DNA of 64,000 bases, from assembly GCA_000004985.1 (NCBI GenBank), contig GG738925.1; one strand, written 5' to 3'. Both the position numbers and the translations under genes were made by a program. Under the pieces are notes generated by a model. It was given only the letters and a program-made list of their open reading frames with translations, was not told where the DNA came from and ran no database searches. This DNA comes from Naegleria gruberi (lineage: Eukaryota). How positions within the stretch are numbered: the first letter of the stretch is position 1; the number at the start of each line of letters is the position of its first letter. Shown here piece by piece: positions 45,236 through 57,200 of the stretch.

Positions 45236-48026
45236 ATGACAGAACCAACAGTTTCTAATACACCATTAGATTCGAATAGATTCGGTATGTCATCCACAAC
45301 TACTTCTCAACCTCCACCATTAGCACTTCAATCCAATAACAGCAACATCATGAATAATAGTAATAGCAATAATAATAATAACTATAGTCAACATGTTTCT
45401 AATAATTTCATCCAACTTTCAGAACAACAACAAACAAATTCGGGAAATCAAAATATTGGGATTCTCGATATTCTCAGTGGAGGTGGTGGAAATCAACAGT
45501 TAAAAGGAAGTTCTATTCCATTCTCTTCTTCAAATAATAATAATCAAACAGTACCAATTTCATCATCAAATTCTATTCGAAATTTGTAAGTTTAGTTTCG
45601 GATAACATTTTTCATAGACCAAACAATAATTTAATTATTATTACAATTAACATTTGAATAATAGAAATCCATCTGCTAGAAAATCCCTCCCTTCCACTTC
45701 TACTCTCTCTCCCTATCACATACAATCGTCCAATTTAAACGATTCGTCCTTTTCACCTCGTTTCGCCAGACAATTCTCTCAACCACCACTTTCCTTTGTA
45801 AATGAACAAGATGCCTCCAATATGATGATGGGAAATAACGAAGAATTATCAGGTGGAGAAGAGGAATTAGAAATGACACCTCAACAAGCTAAAACTAACG
45901 ACCAACAAAATGGTCAACCAACTTCTTCTAATGGTAGTGGAAATAGTAGAAGAATGAATTATGCATGTACAGAATGTAGAAAAGCACACAAAGCTTGTAC
46001 TGGAGAAAGGTTTGTTATTTGCTAATTGATATCAATTTTGTTTACATGTGATTCGTCAACTTTCATTTTATTGTTGCGACCATGTGCGCTCGTCATCCTT
46101 TTATATTTATGTATTGTGGTAATATGGAATGACAATGTGTGAATTTAAATGTACCATCTTTGGACAACTGCTTTCATTGCTAATATTTTACAATTTTTCT
46201 GAATTTTTCACAAATTCACTTTTCAATGAATCTTCAAATTCCCTTAATTATTAATAATAATAATAATATTGAAATAATTTAATAGACCTTGTGATAGATG
46301 TAAAAAATTGGGAATGGAAGACAAGTGCAAGAGTACCATTCGTAAAAAACGTATTCTCACCAAGAGATATTGGGTTCATTTCATGTCCAACGATGGCAGT
46401 AATAATACCAACTCAATGATGGATGATAGTAGTGCTGGGGATCAATCACCAGCAAGTATTCATCAGCAAGCTTTCTTTCCTAATGTAGGTGCTGGTGGAC
46501 CACAAATGGGAAATGCTAGAAATGCCTCAATGAATTTCAAGAGACACTCTAGTGCTAATTTACCATCCTTCTCATCTATTAAGAGATTGAATCAAGGATT
46601 GAGCGGAGGCAGTTCAAATAGTATGAGCTCATTCCAAGGTAGTGAAATAATGTCAACAAGTGACGCTTCAATGCTCAATCCAAATGAATATAATAACATG
46701 TACAGTGGTGATCGTTCTCCAAGACAAGTTCCTCACTCTTACAATTATCATCCCTATAAGAGTCCACGTGGTCAGCATCCAGAGCAAGTAATGGATCAAT
46801 CCTCTCCAAATCAAACTCTTCAAAACAACAATGGTATGAATCCAAATAGTGGCTTTAGTCCTAGAAATAGTTTTAATAGAGCTGCCTCATCATCTCAAAT
46901 TCCAACTCCATTGCAACAACAGCAACAAAATGGGAGTTATGGCTTCTCTGGAAATGTTGCATCATTGGATGCCTATCGATTGGATGGAAAGATACCAACT
47001 GGTAATTCAAATACCAATTCTGTGGAATCCTCTCCAAGAGAGAGTGGAGTTTTGAATCATTTGAATATGAGTACATTTAACAATTCTATTGGATCTCAAT
47101 TGGATCCACAAACTGTAAATAGACATTACAATAGAGGAAGTATGAGAATTCAACCACTTTTCAATCAGCATACCAAATCCTTGTCAGATACCAACTTGTT
47201 ACCATCACCTTCCATGTTATTGGATCATCAACGACAACAATCCATGTTTAATTTCCCATCTCATCAACAAACCAATAATACTAATGGTAATATTAATAAT
47301 AACAGCATGGCAATGGATGAATTTTCAAATGGTAATAATCAGAATAGTCATCAACATCATAATTTACACATTCCTCCAATCATGCTTGAAAAGAATCCAA
47401 ATATTCCACAATTTACCATTCAACCATCTCCAAATCACTCAAACAATTCCAATTCCAATACACCAAGAAGTGGCATATTCTTTGAAAACTCTCCTCGAAG
47501 TGGCAATAATATGGGAAGTGGTGAATACTATTACTCTCCTCGAAGTGAAGTGGACTACTCTTCCGACATGTCCTCTCTCACTAACAGTCCACGTTTTGGA
47601 ACTGGTGGAGGAGCTGATTCCAACTCCAGCACTCCACGTAGTTTGATAGGAAGTATGAATACCATGTCCATCAATGATTCCTCACCTCTCGCTCAACAAT
47701 TATCTGCTCAGCAGCAATATCCACCTGGATATAGAGGAAGCTTACATTATGACTCTCCCTCATTGATGGTTCCTGGTAATAGAAAGTCAGTGGCTGGATA
47801 CTTGAATCAGGCAGGTAATAGATTTAGTTTGGGGTCGGCTTACCATGGATCTGCCTATGTACAACAGCAGCAGCAACAGCAATCGAATGGTCTCTCACTT
47901 CCAAATTCTACTTCTCCCTCCACATCCACAACAACATACACCAATCATCCAGGAAATAGGTATAGTTTAGGACCTAATCAGGATTTATATCAATACTCTA
48001 CGAGGTCTAACAATTTTAGAAAATAA
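45236..48026 (+). CDS. Zn(II)2Cys6 (GAL4-type) binuclear-cluster transcription factor, 3 exons (45236..45585, 45665..46009, 46286..48026; ~812 aa)
   Basis: Exon 1 is N/S/Q-rich and ends at GTAAGT. A 79-nt intron ends aatag. Exon 2 ends ..NYACTECRKAHKACTGE|R at AG|GTTTGT. A 276-nt intron ends aatag, and exon 3 starts PCDRCKKLGMEDKC. The spliced product has C-x2-C-x6-C-x5-C-x2-C-x8-C, matching the Zn2Cys6 spacing exactly. The rest is low complexity (N/Q/S runs). Both junction phases were checked against tool ORFs 45654..46025 and 46308..48026. Confidence 0.75.
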
Positions 48027-48704
48027 TATTGACTATAGGATTGATATTGAATCATCAGCATTTTCATTATATTGTAAATATATTTTCAATTTGAATCAAA
48101 TTTTCATCATTTATTTTTTTATTGAAAATTAATTATTTAATAATTGAAGGATATTATTAATATTATTTAATTAGTAATAATTGATTATTCATCATTCTCA
48201 ATTGACCGAATGTATAAACATCATTAAGCAATACTAAGCAATCAGGGAACATGATAATTGGAACAGTGAAATATCGGATGGAAGCATTGTTGTACATGCA
48301 GTGCATTCCTAAATCAATTCGTAAATTCGATTTAATTGGCAAGTCTATTTGCTGTTTCAACCATTCCATCTCTTTCACTTACTATCTATCAACAAGCAAC
48401 TGCTTTTCAATTTTCATTATCAGACATCTCTAAAAGTTATCAGTCCATTCATTACCTGAAATCTCCTTCAATGCACATTTGAACGTGTCTGGAAATGGCG
48501 CCAAAACATCTTCATACAAGCAGTTACAGCAGTTGCAGTTCAAATTTGGTGAAACGATAACCCGCCAAAATTTATTGTAGTTTTTCCGCCAAAAATGTTT
48601 TGTTTACAAATCGTACTCAAAAATACAAACAAGCAATAATCCTTAAAGCCTGGCATGATCTGGCTTTTGCCTCAAAACAAAAAAAAATATAACAAAACCC
48701 CTAA

Positions 48705-50069
<1,365 letters not shown>

Positions 50070-50270
50070 ATTCAATAAAATCTAGGTCCTGTACATAAAT
50101 TAAAAGAAACTTTGAAATTTGTTTTGTAAACACTCACACATCTCGCTTATTCTTATTCTTATTTTCTAAGGTTTTTAGGGATTAGGAAGGGGATCAAATC
50201 GGTTAATATTTCCAAGGGTGAATGTCAAGGTATCTCAATGATTGATATTTCTCAACTTTAGATGATATAT

Positions 50271-50388
50271 GGCTACGGCCATATCACGATTCATGCACCT
50301 CATCCCGTCCGATTTGAGAAGTTAAGCATCGTCGAGCCACATCAGTACTGAGGTTGGAGACAACTTGGGAACCTGTGGTGCTGTAGTC
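50271..50388 (+). rRNA. 5S ribosomal RNA gene, copy 1 (~118 nt)
   Basis: GGCTACGGCCATATCACG..CCGTCCGATTTGAGAAGTTAAGC..AGTACTGAGGTTGGAGAC..TGGGAACCTGTGGTGCTGTAGTC. The 5' and 3' ends form a 9-bp helix I. Followed immediately by a T5 pol III terminator. Confidence 0.9.
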
Positions 50389-50476
50389 TTTTTAATTTCA
50401 TTTTAATTTCAACAATTTGTTAGGTTTTATTTACAATGATTTGCCTAGGTTTACAAAATTTTGAGTTATATGGAGA

Positions 50477-50725
50477 TTACCACTTTTTGAATTGTTTGTT
50501 TCTCATTTCTAAAGTATTATGTGATTGAGATTTGGAAGTTTTACTTGTTTCACTTCCAATAGAATTCAATGTTTTGTAATCAATTAAATTTCTTTTTCTT
50601 GTTCCTCCAACAATATTATCCATAGAAATTTCGGAATTAAATTGTGAGGAGGAATTATACATATTTCTTCTTGTTGAGACCATTTTCTTATTGTTGTTTG
50701 TTTTCTTTTGTTTGTTGATTTTCAT
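50477..50725 (-). CDS. Small basic S/K/N-rich protein (82 aa), paralogue of 50911..51207
   Basis: Shares the core NIVGGTRKRNLIDYKTLNSIGSETSKTSKS with the neighbouring ORF core NIISGTRHRNNIDYHYANLNGKQISVKRSSKNS. Confidence 0.45.
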   Translation of the reverse strand: MKINKQKKTNNNKKMVSTRRNMYNSSSQFNSEISMDNIVGGTRKRNLIDYKTLNSIGSETSKTSKSQSHNTLEMRNKQFKKW

Positions 50726-50910
50726 TAAATTTCCTTCATCAAAATATTAATAGAAAAATTCAAACTTCTTGTGATGAGTGGAAAATCCACTAAAAATCGG
50801 AATCACAAAATTAGTGGAAATCATCACGGAAATAAATAGATAATTGTTCTAAAGGATGATGAAATTTCCAAAACAAAACAAAACAACCTAATAACAAACC
50901 TAAGAGCAAA

Positions 50911-51207
50911 ATGCCAGCAAGAAATACTTCATCAAATTCTTCTTCATCTTCCAAAGATAGAATTCCAACAAAAACAGTCTGGTCAAGATCTAAACCAATT
51001 GATTTATCTAAAAGATTACCATTATTTGATATTGATACATCTAATATTATAAGTGGAACTAGACATCGTAATAATATTGATTATCATTATGCAAATTTAA
51101 ATGGTAAACAAATTTCAGTGAAAAGATCATCGAAAAATTCAATTGAAAAGAGAGCTAAACAATCAACCACCACATCTAAGAAGATTACGAAATCGAAAAA
51201 GATGTAA
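50911..51207 (+). CDS. Small basic S/K-rich protein (98 aa), paralogue of 50477..50725, divergently transcribed
   Basis: caaaATGcc start. The conserved SNII(S/G)GTR(H/K)RN.IDY...N..G block is shared with the minus-strand neighbour 185 bp away. Confidence 0.45.
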   Translation: MPARNTSSNSSSSSKDRIPTKTVWSRSKPIDLSKRLPLFDIDTSNIISGTRHRNNIDYHYANLNGKQISVKRSSKNSIEKRAKQSTTTSKKITKSKKM

Positions 51208-51591
51208 ATTACAACTTGTAAATAATTCAGTAAATTGTAAATAAAATAATTTTGAAATAGATGAAGTTTCAATTTAGAATTGATCAGAATATGAGAAACC
51301 AAAATTTGGATCAAGCAATTCACATGGCAAAAGTTCAATAAATAGAAGGGTGATCAACCTTTTCAATTTACTCAACAACCTGTTATTTGAACACAACAAG
51401 ATTCGTCCAGAACTCTTGCCTTCACTGTTCATACAGTCAAAGACTGTAGCGGGATTGTCGCCATATTCCTGGCATGCTTCCCGTCTACAATTACAAAATG
51501 AATTAACAATGGAAAGACAAACAACAAATCTTATTTACTTGAAACTTATTCATTTTTTCAATTTATTATTCATTGTATTAAGGCAATAAAT

Positions 51592-51620
51592 GGCTACGGT
51601 ATATCGTTTCATAGAGTTAA
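51592..51620 (+). pseudogene. Truncated, degenerate 5S rRNA fragment (~30 nt)
   Basis: GGCTACGGTATATCGTTTCATAGAG aligns to the first ~28 nt of the intact 5S (GGCTACGGCCATATCACGATTCATGCAC), then similarity is lost. It is preceded by the same aaATG motif as the intact copies. Confidence 0.5.
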
Positions 51621-51935
51621 ACATTGATTTTGAGTAATGAATAGCTGTACCCAAACCATTTTACAAGTATTAAATTTTTCCAATAATCACCTTTTAATTC
51701 AAAACCATTAAGAGTCAAATTGCATTCAATTCACGAACAACAAGTTAAAATTCAGTATTGCATGTACTTACTAAACATGAACCAATTTTGTGTCCAGAAA
51801 CAAAAATCGGTTCATCGAAAGAATTTCTTTGCAGAAGAACTACTTTCTAAAAATATATAACTCTCAAACAGTTTAAAGCAAGGAACTGTTTTGAATTCAA
51901 GAAAAACCATTAAGAAAAACAGGACAACAAACATA

Positions 51936-52394
51936 ATGCAATTATTTGTCAAGACACTCACTGGAAGAACTATCACTTTGGAGGTTGAATCTAATGATTC
52001 AATTGAAAATGTGAAAAGAAAAGTGCAAGATAAGGAAGGAATTTCACCAGATCAACAAAGACTCATCTTTGCTGGAAAACAATTGGAAGATGGCAGAACT
52101 ATTAATGATTACAACATTCAAAAAGATTCAACTCTTCATTTGGTGTTGAGATTAAGAGGAGGAATGCAACTTTTTGTAAAAACTTTAACTGGAAAGACAA
52201 TCACTATTGAAATGGAATCGAATGATACTGTTGAGAATATGAAACAAAAGATATTTGATAAGGAAGGTATTCCTTCAGATCAACAACGATTGATTTATGC
52301 CGGTAAGCAATTGGAAGATGGAAGAACTATTGGTGATTACAATCTTCAAAAGGATTCAACTGTGCATTTAGTATTGAGATTGAGAGGTGGTTAA
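51936..52394 (+). CDS. Divergent di-ubiquitin (two head-to-tail ubiquitin-like repeats of 76 aa ending RGG-stop), 152 aa
   Basis: Repeat 1 is [76 protein letters not shown]. Repeat 2 is [76 protein letters not shown]. Start set at the ATG in acataATG context; the tool ORF opens 15 codons earlier. Confidence 0.85.
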   Translation: MQLFVKTLTGRTITLEVESNDSIENVKRKVQDKEGISPDQQRLIFAGKQLEDGRTINDYNIQKDSTLHLVLRLRGGMQLFVKTLTGKTITIEMESNDTVENMKQKIFDKEGIPSDQQRLIYAGKQLEDGRTIGDYNLQKDSTVHLVLRLRGG

Positions 52395-52661
52395 GTTAGC
52401 AAAATATTATAGATTCTCTCAATTGTCAATAAATTATTTATTGAATAGTGAACATGAGTAAAATTTATTCAATATAATAATCAACATCCAAAAACAAGTC
52501 ATTTGTAACTTTTAAACCTTCCTTAAGTACTTTAAAACAAACGAAACATATTGATAGTACAAATTCAGTGGCTGAACAATTGGTTTTGAATAAAGGATTA
52601 TCAGCAATTGCTTAATGAGTGTTATGAGATTGTTTTTATACTAAGAATTAAGATAAATGAT

Positions 52662-52779
52662 GGCTACGGCCATATCACGATTCGTGCACCTCATCCCGTC
52701 CGATTTGAGAAGTTAAGCATCGTCGAGCCACATCAGTACTGAGGTTGGAGACAACTTGGGAACCTGTGGTGCTGTAGTC
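52662..52779 (+). rRNA. 5S ribosomal RNA gene, copy 2 (~118 nt)
   Basis: Identical to copy 1 except one A->G (gattcAtgcac vs gattcGtgcac). Followed by T6. Confidence 0.9.
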
Positions 52780-52848
52780 TTTTTTCTAAAGAGGTTTAAA
52801 GTTTCCTAACATCTATTTATTTATACAGTATTGTGTTGTACAATTCTT

Positions 52849-53298
52849 TCATTTCATAAAAGTTAAACATTTTTCAATCATTGACTTTTCATCAATTTCA
52901 CTCTTGGTTGAACAGTGAATTGTTGCACTCAAACCATTTAATTTTTGTTTAACTGTTTTTACAGTGGCAGCAACTTGAAACTTTTCCTTAACATTGGTGT
53001 CGTTTGGACACCATGTGATAAACATCATTTTCGTTCTGATTCCTTCCCTGAGTGAAGTTTCGTTTTGGGATGGCATTTCGAAACTTAAATGATAGCAAAT
53101 GAAACGGGAATTCTTTGGTGGAAGATTAGCAGTCAATTCATCCAATGAAGAGAGTTGAGTCAATTCTTGATCTATTTGAAGGGAACTTTCTTGCATTTTT
53201 AATACCAGGAACTTTTTATCCTTATTCGAACCCTTTCCCATTCTCATTTCTTCATAGGTTTTGATAATTTCATCACTGAATTGACAATTAAGCATCAT
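52849..53298 (-). CDS. ADF/cofilin family actin-depolymerising protein, 149 aa
   Basis: CQFSDEIIKTYEEMRMGK..KKFLVLKM, LPPKNSRFICYHLSFEM, KMMFITWCPNDTNVKEKFQVAATVKTVKQKL follow the ADF-H fold pattern (..F.LK, ..RY..YD, FI.WcPd.a.vk.KM.YAs.K). caaaATGATG start. Confidence 0.8.
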   Translation of the reverse strand: MMLNCQFSDEIIKTYEEMRMGKGSNKDKKFLVLKMQESSLQIDQELTQLSSLDELTANLPPKNSRFICYHLSFEMPSQNETSLREGIRTKMMFITWCPNDTNVKEKFQVAATVKTVKQKLNGLSATIHCSTKSEIDEKSMIEKCLTFMK

Positions 53299-53564
53299 TT
53301 TGATTAGTTTGAGTTGTTTAGTTGTTTAGATATTTGTTTTGTTGTTGTTTTTCAAAAGTTTCGAACACAATGCAAGTATTTATATTTATTTTGAAGTGGA
53401 CTAGTTGCAATTTGGGAGTAGAGAGGAGACAATTTTGAAAGATTGGTTGTGCATTAACCAATAGAATTGTTTCAAGTTTGATTGATAAGCGGAAATAATT
53501 TGAAAGATAGGCAAGGAACTTGGAACTTTTTTAAAAGGAATTTTTTTTTGAAAAATGAGAGTGT

Positions 53565-53812
53565 CAAATCTTTGATTATTTTCTCGATGGTTTTAAGAGA
53601 TGAAACTTTGAAAATTGATATTTAGCTAGATTGCATTTCATTCCTCCTATGATTAAAAAAGTAAAACTCAAACATTGGGATAAGGCACGAATCTTTATTT
53701 ATTTTCTCAGTGGTTTTAAGAGATAAAACTTTGAACATTGAAAAATAGGTAGATTACATACTATTACCTCTATTATGAAAAAAGCAAAACTCAAATATTC
53801 CAGAAAGAGTCA
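53565..53812. repeat. Two tandem direct copies (~121 and ~127 bp, ~80% identical)
   Basis: Copy 1 is caaatctttgattattttctcgatggttttaagagatgaaactttgaaaattga...aaaaaagtaaaactcaaacattgggataagg. Copy 2 is cgaatctttatttattttctcagtggttttaagagataaaactttgaacattga...aaaaaagcaaaactcaaatattccagaaaga. It lies immediately 3' of the tRNA-Asp gene (on the tRNA strand). Confidence 0.7.
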
Positions 53813-53822
53813 AAAATTATGA

Positions 53823-53893
53823 CTCGATTGCCGGGAATTGAACCCGGGTCGCCAGAGTGACAGTCTGGAATGCTACCACTATACCACACCCGA
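53823..53893 (-). tRNA. tRNA-Asp (anticodon GUC), ~71 nt
   Basis: Reverse complement reads TCGGGTG TG GTATAGTGGTAGC ... CCAGA CTGTCAC TCTGG CGAC CCGGG TTCAATT CCCGG CAATCGA G. The anticodon loop CTGTCAC gives GTC. Canonical D-loop AGTGGTA and T-arm GGTTCAATTCC. U1:A72 and discriminator G, as in eukaryotic tRNA-Asp. One acceptor-stem mismatch. T5 run follows on the minus strand. Confidence 0.8.
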
Positions 53894-54252
53894 TTTCACA
53901 TGAATTATTACAACAGACTTTGACATTATATTTGGAGAAAATTTATTGAAACTTCCATTTCAAAGTTGCAATCAGTTTAAAAAAACAAATCATCACATAC
54001 CATAATGAAGAGAACATTTGGAACACGCTGAGAAGGCAATAGGTTTGGTTTCACTATTATATTTGAGGCATGTAGTGTAATTCTAACATCACGATCAGCT
54101 CATTTCTCTGAAGTGTTGGTGGCGTAACTCCACCCATGCCTTTTTACACACCAATTTTTGGATTATTATTTCTTGTAACATGCAATTTCTTGATTATTAT
54201 TTGTTGTAAAATGCTGAATTTCCAGCTTTCTGGAGAAAAACAGTGAAAAAAA

Positions 54253-57200
54253 ATGTCTGCATCATCGACTACTGCTGCTGATCACTCAGTAAAGAAGAGA
54301 AAAACGTCATCAAATTTTGATGGATCATTGGAAGTGTTTGAAAATGATCAGAATGAAAAGTTGATCGATGAAATTTCCGATGCATTGCATAGATTGTCCC
54401 TCCAGAAGCAAACTGAGGAAATGATCAAGAAATTGGTAGAGCAAAAGGATCAAAGTGTTCTTATTGTTGCTGGTAGTGGTGATGAGACCAGTGATAAATT
54501 GGAAACACTCCAGAAAATGCAACAGGAAGAGATGGTTGTGCTGAAAGTTGGTGGTATGTTATTGTTGTTTGATGATGATGATTTGAATAATTTCATGATT
54601 TTAATTTGATATGATGACAGGTAAATTCTTTTATACAACAATGAAAACCTTGATGGGTGAAAGAGGTAATACTCAAGTTCAAACAAAGAAAATTATTATT
54701 GCTGATAAAGTTGGTAAAGCAACTGGTGCTGGAAAGAAGGGAGGAGAAGATGAAGAAGAAATGGAAGAAGGAGGTGGTGATGAAATGGAAGATGAAGGAC
54801 CAAAAGAAGACGGTATCTCATCACTTGAATATGTTTGTGCTCAAGATAACTTGTTTAAAGTCATGTTTGATTCTGGTTTTGGTATTGAAAGAGATGAAGC
54901 AAACAAGTCTGCAATTTCATTCCCTGACAGAAATCCAGATTATTTCGAATATATTTTAGAACATTTGAGACAAGGTGGTAAAGTTAAATCTTTGGGTATT
55001 GAAAAGTTGAATGCTGACGAATTGGAAAATATTTTAGAAGAATCAAGATATTTTGCAACTGAAAAGTTATCAGAATATATATTATTCTTACTTGACAAGT
55101 ATCACAAATATGATTCAAATTTATCTAATTATGCTGAAATTGAAGAAATTTTGAATGATTCTGTACAAAATTTGAAAAAGGTTGAAATTCCACTCGAACA
55201 AATTCAACAAAGACTCAGATCATTTGAAGATTCAATCAACGAATCCAAGAAGAATGTTAGTGAATATTCCCGCAAATTGGTTGAACAATATCAAAACTTT
55301 ATTTTAGGTACTGATTCAGAAAGTGATTTATCTGTCAAGATTGATATTTCAGGTCAAATTTTCACAATTCCATTCACAAGTTTGAGAAAGTATGAGAATT
55401 TCCTCCTCTCAAAGTACATCTTATCACCAAGCTTTTGTTTAAATGAAAATGGTTGTGTATTTATTGATAGAAATCCAAAGTTATTTGCCCTTATTCATGG
55501 TTACATTATCAGTGGTGGTAAATTTAATCATTTCCCAAAGAATCTTTCACAAGAAAAGAAACTTCAATTGAAACAAGAAGCTGAATTCTATGGTTTGACA
55601 ACACTTGTTCAAGAATATCTTGATCCACTTCGTTATCCAGTTGAAAAGATTGGTAAAGATAACATTGAATTGAAAGAAACTGAAGATAAATTGAGAGAAA
55701 TCTTTGCAAAGGAAAGAGAATCACCATTGTTGAATGACCCATACCTTTTATTATCACCTCTCTTCCAAAATTTAGAAGAAATTAAGAATCAAGAAAAGTA
55801 TAGAATTGATATTGGTCACTGTCCAAAATTATTAGATTTAACAGATAAGACTAGATATTCTAGACAAGTTTCTAAACCAAGACTTGTTAATAATTTGAAT
55901 GGTTTCAAATTGAATTGGCATAGATTCACTCAAGGTGCTTTGGATGGTCTTGATTGGAATAATGTTTTTGCTGCTGGTGGTGGTATTCTTGGTTGTTGTT
56001 TGAAAGATGATAATTTTGATAATAATACTGCAGTATCAACAATTTATCCAACTTCTGTTAATGAAAGAACTGAAACAAATACTTCAAGAGCAGTATCAGT
56101 CATTGATGATGAAAATGATGAAAATGAAGCTGCTGATTTTGGTTTTTGGAGAAGATTCTCAAAAAAGGCAACAACTAAATCTACAGGTGAAGAAGGAGAG
56201 GAAGAAGAACCAAAACAAAAGCAAGAAGATGTTATTAAGTATCCAATTGGTAGATTCCACAATTTGGATTCCATGGGCAATTCATCACTGTATAGTCAGT
56301 ATAGATCTGTTTCTTATGCTTCTCGAGATCAAAGAAGAGCTCGTATCTCTGAAAAAGCAAACTCATTCTTTAACACAGAGGCAAACAAGGAAAATATTCG
56401 TTTTATACCAGATCCTAACATTCCTGCCCCATTTAAGAAATCAGATATCGATCTATTTCTGTATGCTTTGAGCGAAGAAGAAGCTGAAGAAAAGATTAAG
56501 CATATTTATCAAACTATCAAGAAGAATATGGGCAGAAGATTATTAATGAATTATGCTGGAGATAGCTTGAGCTCTAAAAGTAGATATTTTGGCAGACGTA
56601 ACAATAATAATAAGGAAGAGAAAAATACTCTCTTTGAAGATGGTATTATTAGAACTGAACAATCTACAGGTGTAAATGATGATGTTCTGGTTGTTAGAAC
56701 TAAATTTGCTGTCACATTCTATTGTTACAAACTCAGACCAATTCAAGTTGTTTTGAGAATTTACAAATCACCTGCAGAAGTTTTGTTAGGTTTTGATATT
56801 GATTGTGCAACTATGGGTTTTGATGGAAATCAAGTTTGGTCAAGTGCAAGAGCAAGAAGAGCTTTAATGTATCATACTAATCTTGTTGATGTTGATAGAC
56901 AATCTACAACTTATGAATATAGATTATACAAGTACAGTAAGAGAGGTTTCTCTGTTTCAATTCCAGGTTATGATACTGCTAAAGTTCAGAATCAATTGTT
57001 ACAATATCCACGTAGATTTCAATTCATTTCAACTGAATATTTATTGCACGGTTTAGCAAGACTTATTGGCTTTGATAATTCTTGTCGTGCCAAGGATCCA
57101 AAACATATTTTAGGTATTTATGATCGTGATTTGGATGTAGCTCAATTAAAAGAGGAAAACAAGGCCCTCATCCTTTCTGGTGAATTGAATGTCAAGTCAG

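Noticed and set aside
53565-53812. Extra downstream B-box (ex-B) for the tRNA gene within the tandem repeat
   Set aside because: The GGTTTTAAGAG-like element lies on the opposite strand to the tRNA and matches the B-box consensus GGTTCGAATCC only at GGTT..AA.
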